Origin: an uncultured virus (IMG/VR IMGVR_UViG_3300048009_000750) | Taxonomy: Duplodnaviria; Heunggongvirae; Uroviricota; Caudoviricetes | Virus record (IMG/VR): IMGVR_UViG_3300048009_000750 | DNA length: 64,000 nt | Reading direction: 5' to 3' (one strand) | Part shown: positions 36,346-46,851 of the stretch, piece after piece | How positions within the stretch are numbered: the stretch's first letter is position 1 | How the letters are laid out: the number at the start of each line of letters is the position of its first letter | Program-made: the position numbers and the translations under genes | Notes under the pieces: generated by a model | What the model was told of the DNA's origin: nothing | What the model saw: the letters and a program-made list of their open reading frames with translations, nothing else | Database searches by the model: none

Positions 36346-37265
36346 TTTTTTATATGACTCCAGCATTGTCCTGTTTCGAGTTCACTAAAATTCCAATGAA
36401 ACATACTAATTCTTTGTAACCATTTTAATCTATCAAAAGTTTTTGGGTTTTCTATATCTTGTAAATTATGATTGCTTACTTCTGAACATTGACTTTTATT
36501 TGGCTCTGTAACAAAGGCATTATATCCTTTTATAATTGGCCCTACTATACCACTACTATTTTTATTAACAACTGCATAACAATTTTTTAAGTCATTTTCT
36601 AATCTGTTGGCAGGATCGCATATCATAACTTTGTTTAATTTATAAAAAGGATTAGTTCTTGGGTTTAAAAATTGTTTAGATTTTTTACAACCCGGATGCG
36701 GTCTGATTCTAATCATTCGATCACATCCTGCTTTTCTAATTTGTCTAATAGTTTTGTTTGTCCAATCAATTACGTTTTCTCCGCCCATACTCCAGCCGCC
36801 TTGTCTTTGCAAAAGTATAAGAATATGACTTCCGTTTTTTTTGTTTTCTTCTAAACGTATTCCTGTATTGATAGATATTTGATTCCATCTTGTTTCATCA
36901 ATATTATTATCACAATAAATTCCCGTATCTGGAAAAACACCGTTCAAACTATAACGCAAATAGCCTTGAGGATTAATCTTATTTGCATACAAAAACAAAT
37001 TTGCATCAGCAACTATTGTGTATCTGTTTGTTTTTTGTTGATGTTCTATAACCTTTTTGCGTAAACTTAAATGTGATGGTGTAGTATCATTATATACCCA
37101 TCCTTGTATAAGTGCCGCATCGCAGTCTACGGTAAAATATTCTCTATGCAAATGAGACTCGTCGCCAGTACGTTGCACACCATTATGAAATTTCATAAGC
37201 AATTCTTCTTTTTGCTTATTGGTATTACCTCTAGGAACACTAGTTAGATAATTAACTACTTTCAT
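36333..37265 (-). CDS. KpsS/KpsC-like glycosyltransferase
   Basis: ILILLQ, IRPHP, VVNKNSS...G. Confidence 0.65.
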   Translation of the reverse strand: MKVVNYLTSVPRGNTNKQKEELLMKFHNGVQRTGDESHLHREYFTVDCDAALIQGWVYNDTTPSHLSLRKKVIEHQQKTNRYTIVADANLFLYANKINPQGYLRYSLNGVFPDTGIYCDNNIDETRWNQISINTGIRLEENKKNGSHILILLQRQGGWSMGGENVIDWTNKTIRQIRKAGCDRMIRIRPHPGCKKSKQFLNPRTNPFYKLNKVMICDPANRLENDLKNCYAVVNKNSSGIVGPIIKGYNAFVTEPNKSQCSEVSNHNLQDIENPKTFDRLKWLQRISMFHWNFSELETGQCWSHIKNYVQ

Positions 37266-38991
37266 TTAAAATTCGCCACGCCGTTCCGTCTTGCATTTCT
37301 TGTTTTGTAAATTGACAATATGTTAGATGTGCAGCATATCCTTCAATTGTCAATTTATCAAAAGTATTTAAATTTTCAACTTCGGATAAACTTGTATTAC
37401 ATAACACAGTTGCAGCATTGGGTCCTAAAGCAATAGCAGGTTTACCATTAAGTAATGCTTCAGTTGCTGCAATACTATTATATGTAACTACACAGTGTAC
37501 GTCATTTTGCAAAGCGTGTACAATATTACCATCTGCTATTCTTTCGTTACGTTTAGGTTTTAACCTTACCTCAATCGGTCTGTCTGTGTAACGTTTCAAC
37601 TCTTTAATAGTTTGTTGTGTCCATTCTTCAGGTGTAGGTTGATCCCAAAATTTCATAACTTTCTCACTAGGCGGACAAATTAATATTTTACTTCCTGGAT
37701 GAAATTTAAGGTATTTGTAACCTATTTTATTCATCCTGTCATTTGCTCTATCTTTGATAGGTCCTAAATTTTGTAAAGCATTTTTAGTTATACGATGCCA
37801 TACTTTACTTTTAGTTCTTTCATTGCCTAAATACCCACTATCAATTGCATAAAATGTTTGTTGTTTTTCCCAGCAGTTTTTTATAGCTAATTGACTCTTT
37901 TTACCTAAGCCTCTTATAAGTAAAGGAACATTTGATGTTTTTTCTTGTTCCCAAGTACTAAGCATACCTTTAGGAATGCCCTGTACTAATGCTTCTAAGT
38001 ATTCATCAAACTCGTATCCTTTTTTTTGTGGGTTAAAATTGCCATCTTCATCGTCAGAATCAGGAAAGATTGCTGCTACTCTATCACCTCGTATTGCCAT
38101 TAAATCCTCCTTAAAATTTGTATCGTAAAAATTACCATCTGGATCTTTAAGATAGTTAAAAAATTTTTCAATTAATTTTTTTTTTTGATCATCCATTATT
38201 AAATTTGTTGGATGTATTCTTTCACTTATGTCTATTTCTCTATCACGTTTTCTTTTTTCGCCTAAGCTTGAGGCTTTGGCATTTGCGTGTACATAGGCGT
38301 TTTCAAAGTACTTACCTTTTGCTTTGTACCATTCCTTGGCATACTCGCAGTCTTCGTATTGTTTAAACCAGGGCCCGCCTTCAGTATAGTGCAATGCTTT
38401 TGGTCTTCCATCTTTTGGTTCGTTATACCATCCTACAAGCCAATTCCACTCGTGACTTAATTCTCCTACTTCGGCATCAGGCACCCAACTAAATCTATGA
38501 AAATATGCGCCAGTTTTTAAAGGATCGTTTACAAGTTCTTTGGTTAATACACCGTTTGTATAAGAGCCACAATTTATTAGCATCATACTTGACCAGTTCT
38601 TACGTGGATAAACTGTTTGAACTTGCCCATCCATTTTTGTGCCTTCTTTGGGCGTATAGTCGTGTTGCGCACACATTACAGCATATTTGTTATTAATCTG
38701 ATCGAATAATTTTTTAACATCATCTAAAAACACAAAATCACAATCTATAAACAATGCCCATCCTTGATATCCCATTAAGTAAGGAACTAAAAATCTTGTA
38801 AATGTGAATTCTGTACTTGCAAGTGCATCAATAGGTCTATTGTAGAGATCTTTTTTTCTTAAATCATCTTGTTTCAAAGGTATAACTTTTACAGGTACAC
38901 TGGCGTGTTCTAAAATACTTTGTTTACAAACTTGGAATGCAATATCTTCTCTGCTATCCCATCCTACAAATACTTTAAGGGGTTCGGTCAT
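37252..38991 (-). CDS. Two-domain glycosyltransferase (GT8-like plus KpsS-like)
   Basis: VFVGWDSRE, STEFTFTRF, DCD, YPRKNWSS, HYTEGGPW; C-terminal VTYNSIAATEALLNGKP. Confidence 0.8.
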   Translation of the reverse strand: MTEPLKVFVGWDSREDIAFQVCKQSILEHASVPVKVIPLKQDDLRKKDLYNRPIDALASTEFTFTRFLVPYLMGYQGWALFIDCDFVFLDDVKKLFDQINNKYAVMCAQHDYTPKEGTKMDGQVQTVYPRKNWSSMMLINCGSYTNGVLTKELVNDPLKTGAYFHRFSWVPDAEVGELSHEWNWLVGWYNEPKDGRPKALHYTEGGPWFKQYEDCEYAKEWYKAKGKYFENAYVHANAKASSLGEKRKRDREIDISERIHPTNLIMDDQKKKLIEKFFNYLKDPDGNFYDTNFKEDLMAIRGDRVAAIFPDSDDEDGNFNPQKKGYEFDEYLEALVQGIPKGMLSTWEQEKTSNVPLLIRGLGKKSQLAIKNCWEKQQTFYAIDSGYLGNERTKSKVWHRITKNALQNLGPIKDRANDRMNKIGYKYLKFHPGSKILICPPSEKVMKFWDQPTPEEWTQQTIKELKRYTDRPIEVRLKPKRNERIADGNIVHALQNDVHCVVTYNSIAATEALLNGKPAIALGPNAATVLCNTSLSEVENLNTFDKLTIEGYAAHLTYCQFTKQEMQDGTAWRILNESS

Positions 38992-39761
38992 TAGTCTCTT
39001 CTTTCTATATCATTTTCGGTTAAATTATTGCCAATCCATACTTCAATAACTTTTGCAGATTTATTATCTAAATTTACAGCTTTGTGCCAATAGCCTACTG
39101 GGATGTCAATACTATCTCCTGGTACTAACAATGTGCTTGTTTTATTACCTTGCTTATCTTCTAGGAACATATTAATTACTCCATCTACAACGTGCCAGTG
39201 TTCACTACGTTTAAAGTGTCTTTGGTCACTTAATGCTTTGCCGTGATAAAACTCAAGTTGTTTAACTTGCCAGCCATTGCCTTTGTCTAATATTTTGTAT
39301 TCGCCCCACGCACGTTCTGTAGTAGGCTGACTCCATTCTTTGAGTATCCAACTACTACTATTCTTTTTATCTTCGCCGCCAACACCAAATACAAACTCTA
39401 CGTCTGGATGATCGCCGTATGTTGCTTGTTCTGGAATTTCGCCTTCAACTCTATCCCCACCGTTTGCAACAATAAGTTTACCAGTTGTTGTTTGTAAAAG
39501 ATATCCAATTGCTTTTGTTGTGCCGCCAGTTTCGTCGTCTTCGACTAGCATAACATCGTCAACCATTTCAAGATGTTTGACAATATTTGCACGTTCTTCA
39601 AACGGCATAAATGCACGACCTTTTTTATTCTCAAGCCACGTATCACTATTAAGCCCTACAACTAATTTATCGCCCAAAGAACGTGCTGATTTAAAATACT
39701 CAATGTGTCCACTATGTAACGGATCAAATCCTCCAGTTACAATTACAATTTTACCATCCAA
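38991..39761 (-). CDS. Cytidylyltransferase (HIGH family) fused to a mannose-6-phosphate isomerase-like cupin
   Basis: GGFDPLHSGH, ANGGDR, KNSSS; ERAWG...QRHFKRSEHW. Confidence 0.85.
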   Translation of the reverse strand: MDGKIVIVTGGFDPLHSGHIEYFKSARSLGDKLVVGLNSDTWLENKKGRAFMPFEERANIVKHLEMVDDVMLVEDDETGGTTKAIGYLLQTTTGKLIVANGGDRVEGEIPEQATYGDHPDVEFVFGVGGEDKKNSSSWILKEWSQPTTERAWGEYKILDKGNGWQVKQLEFYHGKALSDQRHFKRSEHWHVVDGVINMFLEDKQGNKTSTLLVPGDSIDIPVGYWHKAVNLDNKSAKVIEVWIGNNLTENDIERRD

Positions 39762-40371
39762 AAATAAAATCTTTCCTAACGTTTGTTAATTCAACAGCAC
39801 CGTGTGATTTCAAAAATTCTCCTGCACAGTATTTTGTATCAGGATGTTGTTCGACTATTACAATGGGCTTGTATTTTTTTAGAGTGTTTATACCACCCTT
39901 TAAAACTTCTAATTCGTGTCTTTCGCAATCAATTTTTATTAGTTCAAATGGAGGCATAAAACTTTGATCAAGTGTTTTTACTTTAATGTCGCCTTCTTTA
40001 CCGTTGATAAAACTGTTTCCTGTATTGTTTGGATCATAAGTCATAGCTACGTTTTTTTGTTCACTACCTAGTGCAAAATTATTGATAATAACATTTTCAA
40101 TACCTGTTGTATTTTCTATTAAGCATTCAAAAACTTGTGCCATAGGTTCAAACGAAATTACTTTGTTAAATTTCTTTGACAGAGGAACAGTCCATAATCC
40201 TACATTTGCACCAACATCAATTGCTGTATTAAATTCTTTAACATATTTGTATGCTGCGTTTCTAACATCATCTTGATATTCAGGAGGCCCGCCTTGACTA
40301 ATACGCTTGTTTATCATTTTTTCAAAGTGTATATCTGTATCTGGCAAATAATAATTATGAACTTTTTTCAT
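39751..40371 (-). CDS. FkbM-family methyltransferase
   Basis: IDVGANVG, FEP, IKIDCE, KPIVIVE. Confidence 0.88.
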   Translation of the reverse strand: MKKVHNYYLPDTDIHFEKMINKRISQGGPPEYQDDVRNAAYKYVKEFNTAIDVGANVGLWTVPLSKKFNKVISFEPMAQVFECLIENTTGIENVIINNFALGSEQKNVAMTYDPNNTGNSFINGKEGDIKVKTLDQSFMPPFELIKIDCERHELEVLKGGINTLKKYKPIVIVEQHPDTKYCAGEFLKSHGAVELTNVRKDFIFGW

Positions 40372-41281
40372 TAATAATTCTTTCTAGCTCAAGCCATTTA
40401 TCTACTACTTTAATTGGTGTATAGTACTTAGTAATATGGTCTTGGCCCATTAAAACTTTTTGATAAACTTCTTCTGGATTATGTACAAAGTATTGAAATC
40501 CTGCTGTTAAATTACCTGTCCAAATGTAATCTTGCAAGTCAACATAACTTGGTATGTAACTTTGTGTGATAACAAACTTTCCTTGCTGTAGTGCATCAAT
40601 TGGTCTGTTGTTTCCTTTACCTTTTACAAATTTTTCTATTTTGTCTTTGTAAAAAATTGGCAACAAAATAGCATCGCTATTATTGACCATTTCTTCTTGT
40701 GTTTCATAACTCCAATCTGTCCACCAACTTGGATCGTCTATATTTTTATTTGTAACAACATCTATATGTACGTTTGGATGTATAGTTTTCATATTAGCAA
40801 GTATCATATCAAAGTTTACTTTATGAATATTTTTTCTTGCTCCATAACATACAAGTTTTACAATGTCGGTTTTTGTAAACACTTTTTTTGTTGGCTTGCT
40901 TTGTTTTCTTTCTGTTAAGTCTGCTATAACATAACATTTGTTTTTAAATAATCTTTCTACATCTTTTGCTAGATATTCACAAGTAGCAACAAAAAACTTA
41001 CAATACTTTGCAGCCTTTGTATATAAATTTATTACATCTTGTTTATAAAATTTATAGTCAGATATATCACAAATAAATTTTGCATTTTTTTCTATCAATA
41101 CATCTAATATTTCATTTGTAAATTTTTTACCAAATACAAATAATCTATTGTCATTATGTTGTATTTGATTTATATCTGTAATAAGCCCATTATTATTACT
41201 ATCCATATTTTCAAGTAATAAAGTTCCTCTTGATCTAAAACTATATCTATTGTGTTCTTTATCACCAACATAAAAATACAT
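40355..41281 (-). CDS. Putative GT-B glycosyltransferase
   Basis: DAILLP...KGNNR..DALQQGKFVI C-terminal pattern. Confidence 0.6.
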   Translation of the reverse strand: MYFYVGDKEHNRYSFRSRGTLLLENMDSNNNGLITDINQIQHNDNRLFVFGKKFTNEILDVLIEKNAKFICDISDYKFYKQDVINLYTKAAKYCKFFVATCEYLAKDVERLFKNKCYVIADLTERKQSKPTKKVFTKTDIVKLVCYGARKNIHKVNFDMILANMKTIHPNVHIDVVTNKNIDDPSWWTDWSYETQEEMVNNSDAILLPIFYKDKIEKFVKGKGNNRPIDALQQGKFVITQSYIPSYVDLQDYIWTGNLTAGFQYFVHNPEEVYQKVLMGQDHITKYYTPIKVVDKWLELERIINEKSS

Positions 41282-42009
41282 TATTCTTCCTGATATTCTG
41301 CTAACAATCTACGTATTTCATTCCACGTACCTAAGTCTATATAGTCATTAACTTCGATACCTTCTGAATTATAAAACGGAGTAGCTGTCATTTGTTTAGG
41401 ACTAAACTTTTGTTTGAGTGTGCTTTTTTCCATATATTCTATTGCAGGCATAAACGAACTAGCTCTAAATGCAAAGCTACACCAATATGCATTAAATTTT
41501 GTAAAGTCAGTTTGAGGTTTGTCTTCATAATATTTTACAATATTATTCTCCATTTGTAATGCACCTTTTGTAGATAACATCAATGGATCTTTTTCTTTTT
41601 TGTAAAAGAATACAAATTCATTGTTATTTAATTTGTCTTTGACTTGTGTATATAAATCTTCAGTGCCTTTTAATTTTAAAATAGTATCAGGCAATAATAC
41701 AACATTATCTTCTCCAAACCAACTAAATGCACTTTTTATCGCACCAGTGTATTCTAATTCTTTAGGATTTTGATATACGAAAGCAATATTATATTTGTGT
41801 TTGTACTTTGACAAATATTCTACTATTTCGGTTTTGTATTCATTTATTACTACAACAAAATCAACACTGTTTCTATCATAGTCTTTGAACCAGTCAAAAC
41901 TATAATCTATAAGTGCTTGATTTTTATCTAGTCTTAATATTTCTTTAGGATAAGGTAAGTTTAATCTAGTACCTTTGCCTGCGGCTGGAAGTATAACTGT
42001 TAGGGTCAT
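41281..42009 (-). CDS. Sugar-phosphate nucleotidyltransferase (RmlA-like)
   Basis: ILPAAGKGTRL..PKE, EDKP, YIDLGT. Confidence 0.88.
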   Translation of the reverse strand: MTLTVILPAAGKGTRLNLPYPKEILRLDKNQALIDYSFDWFKDYDRNSVDFVVVINEYKTEIVEYLSKYKHKYNIAFVYQNPKELEYTGAIKSAFSWFGEDNVVLLPDTILKLKGTEDLYTQVKDKLNNNEFVFFYKKEKDPLMLSTKGALQMENNIVKYYEDKPQTDFTKFNAYWCSFAFRASSFMPAIEYMEKSTLKQKFSPKQMTATPFYNSEGIEVNDYIDLGTWNEIRRLLAEYQEE

Positions 42010-42016
42010 ACTCTAT

Positions 42017-42472
42017 TTACAAAGTTGCGTCTTCCATTCCTGCAACTCTGAGTTTTACAACGTTAGTAATTTGCCACTGTTTTTGATCAAGTGCTTTAAG
42101 TACACCTAACCATTTGTTTCGCATTAGTGCAAAATCGTTAATAATTTTCTCATAGTCAACAACATCAGCTTCGCCATCGACATATTTTTCAACATCACGA
42201 CTACTTAATGCTCTTTGATAGTTTTCTAAATACTTTCGGAAAAACGAGCTACGTAATCTACGTAGCTCTATGTTTAAATATTCTAGTATGGCTTCAATTT
42301 CTTGCAACTGATTAAATCTATGTTCAACAATACCTGGCATTAACGATGCTTGTTTTTCAACATTACCTACAAACTTACACTCTTTTTTAGCTTCTATAAG
42401 TTCAGATTCAAAATGCTGAATCGCTGCAGGTATTTCATTTACATTTCGACTTACACGACTGTACCAACCCAT
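42017..42472 (-). CDS. uvsY: Recombination mediator (UvsY-like)
   Basis: Helical protein with YVDGE motif, downstream of the recombinase. Confidence 0.7.
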   Translation of the reverse strand: MGWYSRVSRNVNEIPAAIQHFESELIEAKKECKFVGNVEKQASLMPGIVEHRFNQLQEIEAILEYLNIELRRLRSSFFRKYLENYQRALSSRDVEKYVDGEADVVDYEKIINDFALMRNKWLGVLKALDQKQWQITNVVKLRVAGMEDATL

Positions 42473-42702
42473 TACTCATCCCATTCATCATCATCGTCAA
42501 TGTCACTATGATCCATTTCTAAATAATATTGAATAGCATAATCTAAGTGTTTGTCAGTTCCTAACATTTCTTGTAATTGATCATCTGCTAAACCATAATC
42601 TATTAATGTGTCGACATATTTTTCAGCTGCCATTTCAATATGCTTTTTATCAAAATACTCTTTAAAAAGCATCCACAAATCCGCCACAAATTCTTCATTC
42701 AT
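42472..42702 (-). CDS. Small acidic hypothetical protein
   Basis: 76-aa coupled ORF. Confidence 0.75.
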   Translation of the reverse strand: MNEEFVADLWMLFKEYFDKKHIEMAAEKYVDTLIDYGLADDQLQEMLGTDKHLDYAIQYYLEMDHSDIDDDDEWDE

Positions 42703-43783
42703 CTAAGATCGGCTCCTCGTTATGATCCACAACTTCTTCGGTTGCGTTAGCGATATTTACCATTTGTTCTTCTTTTGCCGGTAAATCGGCCATGACCATC
42801 TCGAGTAGTTCACCTGTCCATTTCTTACGATATTCTAGTGTTTCTTCTCCGTTACTATCAATATACTTGTAACGATTACCTTGTTTTTCAAGTAAGCCTT
42901 TTCCTTCTAATAAATCAAACATACCTGAATATGGATTCATACCTGTTTCGTATGGAATCTCAACTTGTACACCTTCAAAGGGTTTAGCGTAACGTGTTTT
43001 CATTACTTTACACGCTGCTCTAATACCGTGTACTTGTGATGTTTTATTACCTTCGGCATCTACTTTAAGTTTTAGTTTCTTCATAGCAACCACCATCGAA
43101 GAAGCATACACAAAGCCTGAACCACCTGAGATCTTATCATCTGGGTCAAACATATCCTGCGATGCATATGTGTGGTTAGTAACGCACATACCTACATTGT
43201 AACTGCCAAACATATTAACACAGTTAGTTACAAGGGCTTTCAGTGCTTTTGCTTTACGACCAAAGTCGCCTTTCATATCACCTGCTTCAAACTGAGTAAC
43301 CTCAGTTGGTGACATAAGCATACCGAGCGAATCAACTACAAACAATACCTTAGGACGGTCTTCTTCGTTCATTGAACGATAGTCATCCATAAATGTACTA
43401 ATAGTTTTAGCAACATCGTCAATCATTGCCATATTAAGTTTAAGAATTTTGTCGTCAGTTGTTTCGACGCCAAGTGCTTGTAACCAACTTTCGTCAAGTG
43501 CATTTTCGCTATCAATAAGAACAACAAAAATACCTTGTTCTTGTGCTGCCTTGACAATGTTGCCGCTTACAATATATGATTTACCAGCACCGGACTCTCC
43601 GGCAAATACTGATACTTTACCAAGCGGAATACCTTTTTGAAAGTCGCCACTTAGTAGATAATTAAGTGCAAAGTTACCTGTACTAATCCAGTCTTGTGGA
43701 TCGTTAAAGCCTGCGCTCATACCCTTAATTGATTTAGTTAAACTGTTTCGAAACTTTGAAGGATCGAATGCTTTAGTAGCCAT
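42695..43783 (-). CDS. uvsX: RecA-like recombinase (UvsX)
   Basis: ISTG, GESGAGKS, IDSENA, VVDSLG, SGG, KTR. Confidence 0.95.
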   Translation of the reverse strand: MATKAFDPSKFRNSLTKSIKGMSAGFNDPQDWISTGNFALNYLLSGDFQKGIPLGKVSVFAGESGAGKSYIVSGNIVKAAQEQGIFVVLIDSENALDESWLQALGVETTDDKILKLNMAMIDDVAKTISTFMDDYRSMNEEDRPKVLFVVDSLGMLMSPTEVTQFEAGDMKGDFGRKAKALKALVTNCVNMFGSYNVGMCVTNHTYASQDMFDPDDKISGGSGFVYASSMVVAMKKLKLKVDAEGNKTSQVHGIRAACKVMKTRYAKPFEGVQVEIPYETGMNPYSGMFDLLEGKGLLEKQGNRYKYIDSNGEETLEYRKKWTGELLEMVMADLPAKEEQMVNIANATEEVVDHNEEPILDE

Positions 43784-43834
43784 ATTATCTCCTATTCTAA
43801 AAAACGAATGAAAGGGCCGAAGCCCTTTCTATTA

Positions 43835-44833
43835 TTAACCTTGACGTGCTCTGATCATTGCAAGAATGTCTTGCGCACCGCCTGCGTTTTCTTCTGCAGG
43901 TGCTGCTTCTGCTGCTGGAGCAGGTTGTGGTGCTGCTTCTGCTGCTGGAGCAGGATCTTGCCATCCTGTATCAGTTGCTGCTGGTGCTGCTGGTGCTGCT
44001 GCTGGTGCTGCTGCTGGTGTTCTATTTTGTGGATCACCAGTACGTGCTTGCATACCTGCAGGACGGAAGTAATTGCTCCAACGTTCTGCATCGTATGCTT
44101 CACCGTCTACACTTGCTTCAAACATTTCTGTAAGAACTTTAACAGCCACTTCGTCTGGCTTTTTAGGAAGGAAATCGTTTAGATTAAACAAGCCGTGTGT
44201 ATTCACTGCTGCCATCTCTGCATCACCTAGCGGACGTTCTCTACGTGCCCAATTACTTGCGCCATAATCAGCATAACCGCCTTTTGTTCCTTTTGATAGA
44301 CGGAAGTCTACACCAGCAGTATAATCTGTTGGTAATTCTTCCATATCTGGATCCATAAGAGCTGCTTTGATTAGTTGGAAAATTTGTGGACCAATAATAA
44401 AGCGACGGATTGGATTCTCTGGTGAATCTTCCTTTAATGGATCTTCTGTTACGAAGCCTTGGAATACATACGAACGTTTCTTCCAATACTTACGACCCAT
44501 ATCTTCTAAACTTGGATCTTTAAACCAACCACGTACTTCTTGTAGGATTGAACAAGATTCGCCATACATTTCCATACACGGAACTTGCACTTGTACAGGA
44601 CGTGAGTCTGTCTCGCCTTTAATTCCTGCAAATGGAAGTTTGATCATCAAACGTTCTTTCCAAAAGAAAGTGTTTGAATCGTCGCCATCTGGCAAGAAAC
44701 GAATAGTTGCCTGTTCGCCTTCTTTCATATTCCAAAATGGGTAAATTGCGTTGTCGCCACCGCCTGTGCGTTGACCGCCTGCGCCGGCTTCTTGTTCTTT
44801 GAGCTTTGCTCTAATTTCTGCTAATGATGCCAT
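43835..44833 (-). CDS. Single-stranded DNA-binding protein (gp32-like)
   Basis: IRFLP, C..C, YWKKRSY, Ala/Pro-rich linker; start reassigned to ATG 44833 (GGAGG SD). Confidence 0.9.
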   Translation of the reverse strand: MASLAEIRAKLKEQEAGAGGQRTGGGDNAIYPFWNMKEGEQATIRFLPDGDDSNTFFWKERLMIKLPFAGIKGETDSRPVQVQVPCMEMYGESCSILQEVRGWFKDPSLEDMGRKYWKKRSYVFQGFVTEDPLKEDSPENPIRRFIIGPQIFQLIKAALMDPDMEELPTDYTAGVDFRLSKGTKGGYADYGASNWARRERPLGDAEMAAVNTHGLFNLNDFLPKKPDEVAVKVLTEMFEASVDGEAYDAERWSNYFRPAGMQARTGDPQNRTPAAAPAAAPAAPAATDTGWQDPAPAAEAAPQPAPAAEAAPAEENAGGAQDILAMIRARQG

Positions 44834-44921
44834 AGTAATGCCTCCTATAATGTTGCCTATGTCTTGTGCCTTAAATGTGTAGCACAATTACTATACTACA
44901 CAATGTTATTTATCTTGTCAA
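44834..44921 (-). promoter_or_regulatory. SSB promoter/leader: sigma70 promoter with embedded TAAATA; three AGGCA motifs
   Basis: TTGACA-17nt-TAGTAT; AGGCA at 44871, 44858 and 44843 (minus strand). Confidence 0.65.
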
Positions 44922-44957
44922 CTATTATTTTGACAAAATTTTCAAATAGTTAGCTGA

Positions 44958-46838
44958 TTAATTTAAACCAGCTAACTTTAGAATATCTTGAGATTCTTTT
45001 TTGTACTTGTCTTTAATACGGCCTAATTCTTCTTCACTTGCGCCATCTCTGCCTGCTTGTGCTAGTTTAGCCATTCCGTCTTTACCGTACTTCTTTTTAC
45101 CTGTGTAGTACTGTAATCCTGATTCTTCAACATCTGTTTCTTTGTATCCCATTATTTCTGCGACCTTTGCGTCGATGCGTTCTATGAACTCCATTGCTGG
45201 TTTTATATATGCTTCTCCGTATTCTTTTTCTACCATAGTAAGTACGGCTGTTGGGCCTTTTGGAAATGTGCCTTGTTCTCTATCAAAGTAACTTAGTACA
45301 AATTCGCCTAATGGTGTTTTTTCTTTTTCGATTACAATATCATCTTCGTCTTTATCTGGGTGATCGATTTTGTCGCCTTTTTTCTTACCATTCATTTTTG
45401 CAGTTCTTACAGCGTGTGCATAGGCATTGCCTTCATTTTCGTCCATATGATTTCTAGGATCATCACACTTTTCATCATCACAATTGCACTTTGTTTCATT
45501 TATAGACTCAGCAAACTGACCCATAAGTGTGTTGAGTGCTGCTTCAAATGCAGCCTCCATACTAGGATTTGTAAGACGTTTAAAATCAGCAGCACTGTAA
45601 TTGTCTTTTGGATCAATACCTCTTGTGCTACCGCCTGGCATTCCTCCAATATCAACTGGTTCGGATGCTACTCTTGGAATCACTAATTCAGTACCAACTT
45701 GTATTAATTTTGGATTAGCAATACCATTTGCATCCACAATTTCTTCAACACCTTGTTGTACGCCACCTGGAAAATGATCGGCATACTTTTGTGCTATACT
45801 TGTAATTGTTTCGCCAGGAGATACTTTGTGATATGTATCCTGTTCCGATAAAAAGCTTTCTGGTGTAAGTGTTTCTGCTAATGTTGATTCACTTACTAAA
45901 TTGTATATGTAAGGAAATATATCTTTTAATTCTTCATTAAATTGCTTTACGGTTAATTGATCAATCCAATTTTCTGCAACATCATTTGGCACTTCTTCCA
46001 TTACCGGCACTGTATAATTTTTTACTGCTTCGGTGTAATAAGATGGCTTTTGTAAATTTGCAATTTCTTTTTTTATACTAGTCATACGCTCTTTAACATT
46101 GCCGGTATATTTAGATAAAGTTTCTGCCATTACACTACTACGATTTAAGTATTGATTAAATTTTCTTAACTTTGATAATTCTTCACTTAGTCCTGTAATA
46201 TGTTTACCAAAGTCGTCATATGCGTGTCCACCTTCACCAATATGTGTTGCTAATGCTCTAGCGCCACTCAAATGCTTAAATGGATATTTAAATTTTTCAC
46301 CATCTACTGTTTCAATAAACAAAGAACCAATTTTACTTGTTCTACTTTCACCTTCACCAATTGTACCATTGTGTTTAATAGAAAGTTTGGCACTTCCAAA
46401 TTTTTGGAAACTTGTTTTATGATTTCCATACATTTTTGATTCTGACATTGTATTATCTCCGGGACGATTTGTTGCTAAAAATTTGTAATCTCTTTTCTGT
46501 AGGTTTGAACGTGTGATATCTCTCACTTCAAATTTAAGTAATCTTCTTTTACTAAACATTCGCATATCTTTTAAGAACGTAAACCAATCATTTTTATGTT
46601 GACCATAATTTTCGTCAATCATATCTTTGTTGTATATAATAACAATTCCGTTTTCTTCGTCTAAGCTAACACTAACTTTTCCAATGGGTTTAGCCTGTGG
46701 ACCAAAATCAAAATCAAAAAATCTTGCTTCTTTTGGAACATTAGTCACATCGCCCTGATCATTGCCAATTGTCAAATTGCCAAAGCGACCTTTAACTGAA
46801 TTAAACAGTTGTTCTGCTATTAAATCTAAATTCATCAT
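44958..46838 (-). CDS. Probable head/internal virion protein with a LysM domain
   Basis: YHKVSPGETITSIAQKY...NPKLIQVGTELVIP; TAAATA upstream. Confidence 0.75.
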   Translation of the reverse strand: MMNLDLIAEQLFNSVKGRFGNLTIGNDQGDVTNVPKEARFFDFDFGPQAKPIGKVSVSLDEENGIVIIYNKDMIDENYGQHKNDWFTFLKDMRMFSKRRLLKFEVRDITRSNLQKRDYKFLATNRPGDNTMSESKMYGNHKTSFQKFGSAKLSIKHNGTIGEGESRTSKIGSLFIETVDGEKFKYPFKHLSGARALATHIGEGGHAYDDFGKHITGLSEELSKLRKFNQYLNRSSVMAETLSKYTGNVKERMTSIKKEIANLQKPSYYTEAVKNYTVPVMEEVPNDVAENWIDQLTVKQFNEELKDIFPYIYNLVSESTLAETLTPESFLSEQDTYHKVSPGETITSIAQKYADHFPGGVQQGVEEIVDANGIANPKLIQVGTELVIPRVASEPVDIGGMPGGSTRGIDPKDNYSAADFKRLTNPSMEAAFEAALNTLMGQFAESINETKCNCDDEKCDDPRNHMDENEGNAYAHAVRTAKMNGKKKGDKIDHPDKDEDDIVIEKEKTPLGEFVLSYFDREQGTFPKGPTAVLTMVEKEYGEAYIKPAMEFIERIDAKVAEIMGYKETDVEESGLQYYTGKKKYGKDGMAKLAQAGRDGASEEELGRIKDKYKKESQDILKLAGLN

Positions 46839-46851
46839 ACTTGTTATTTAT

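Noticed and set aside
43900..44020. GCTGCTGGT-type tandem repeats and the overlapping Gln-rich or Cys-rich ORFs
   Set aside because: These are the Ala/Pro low-complexity linker of the SSB gene read in other frames
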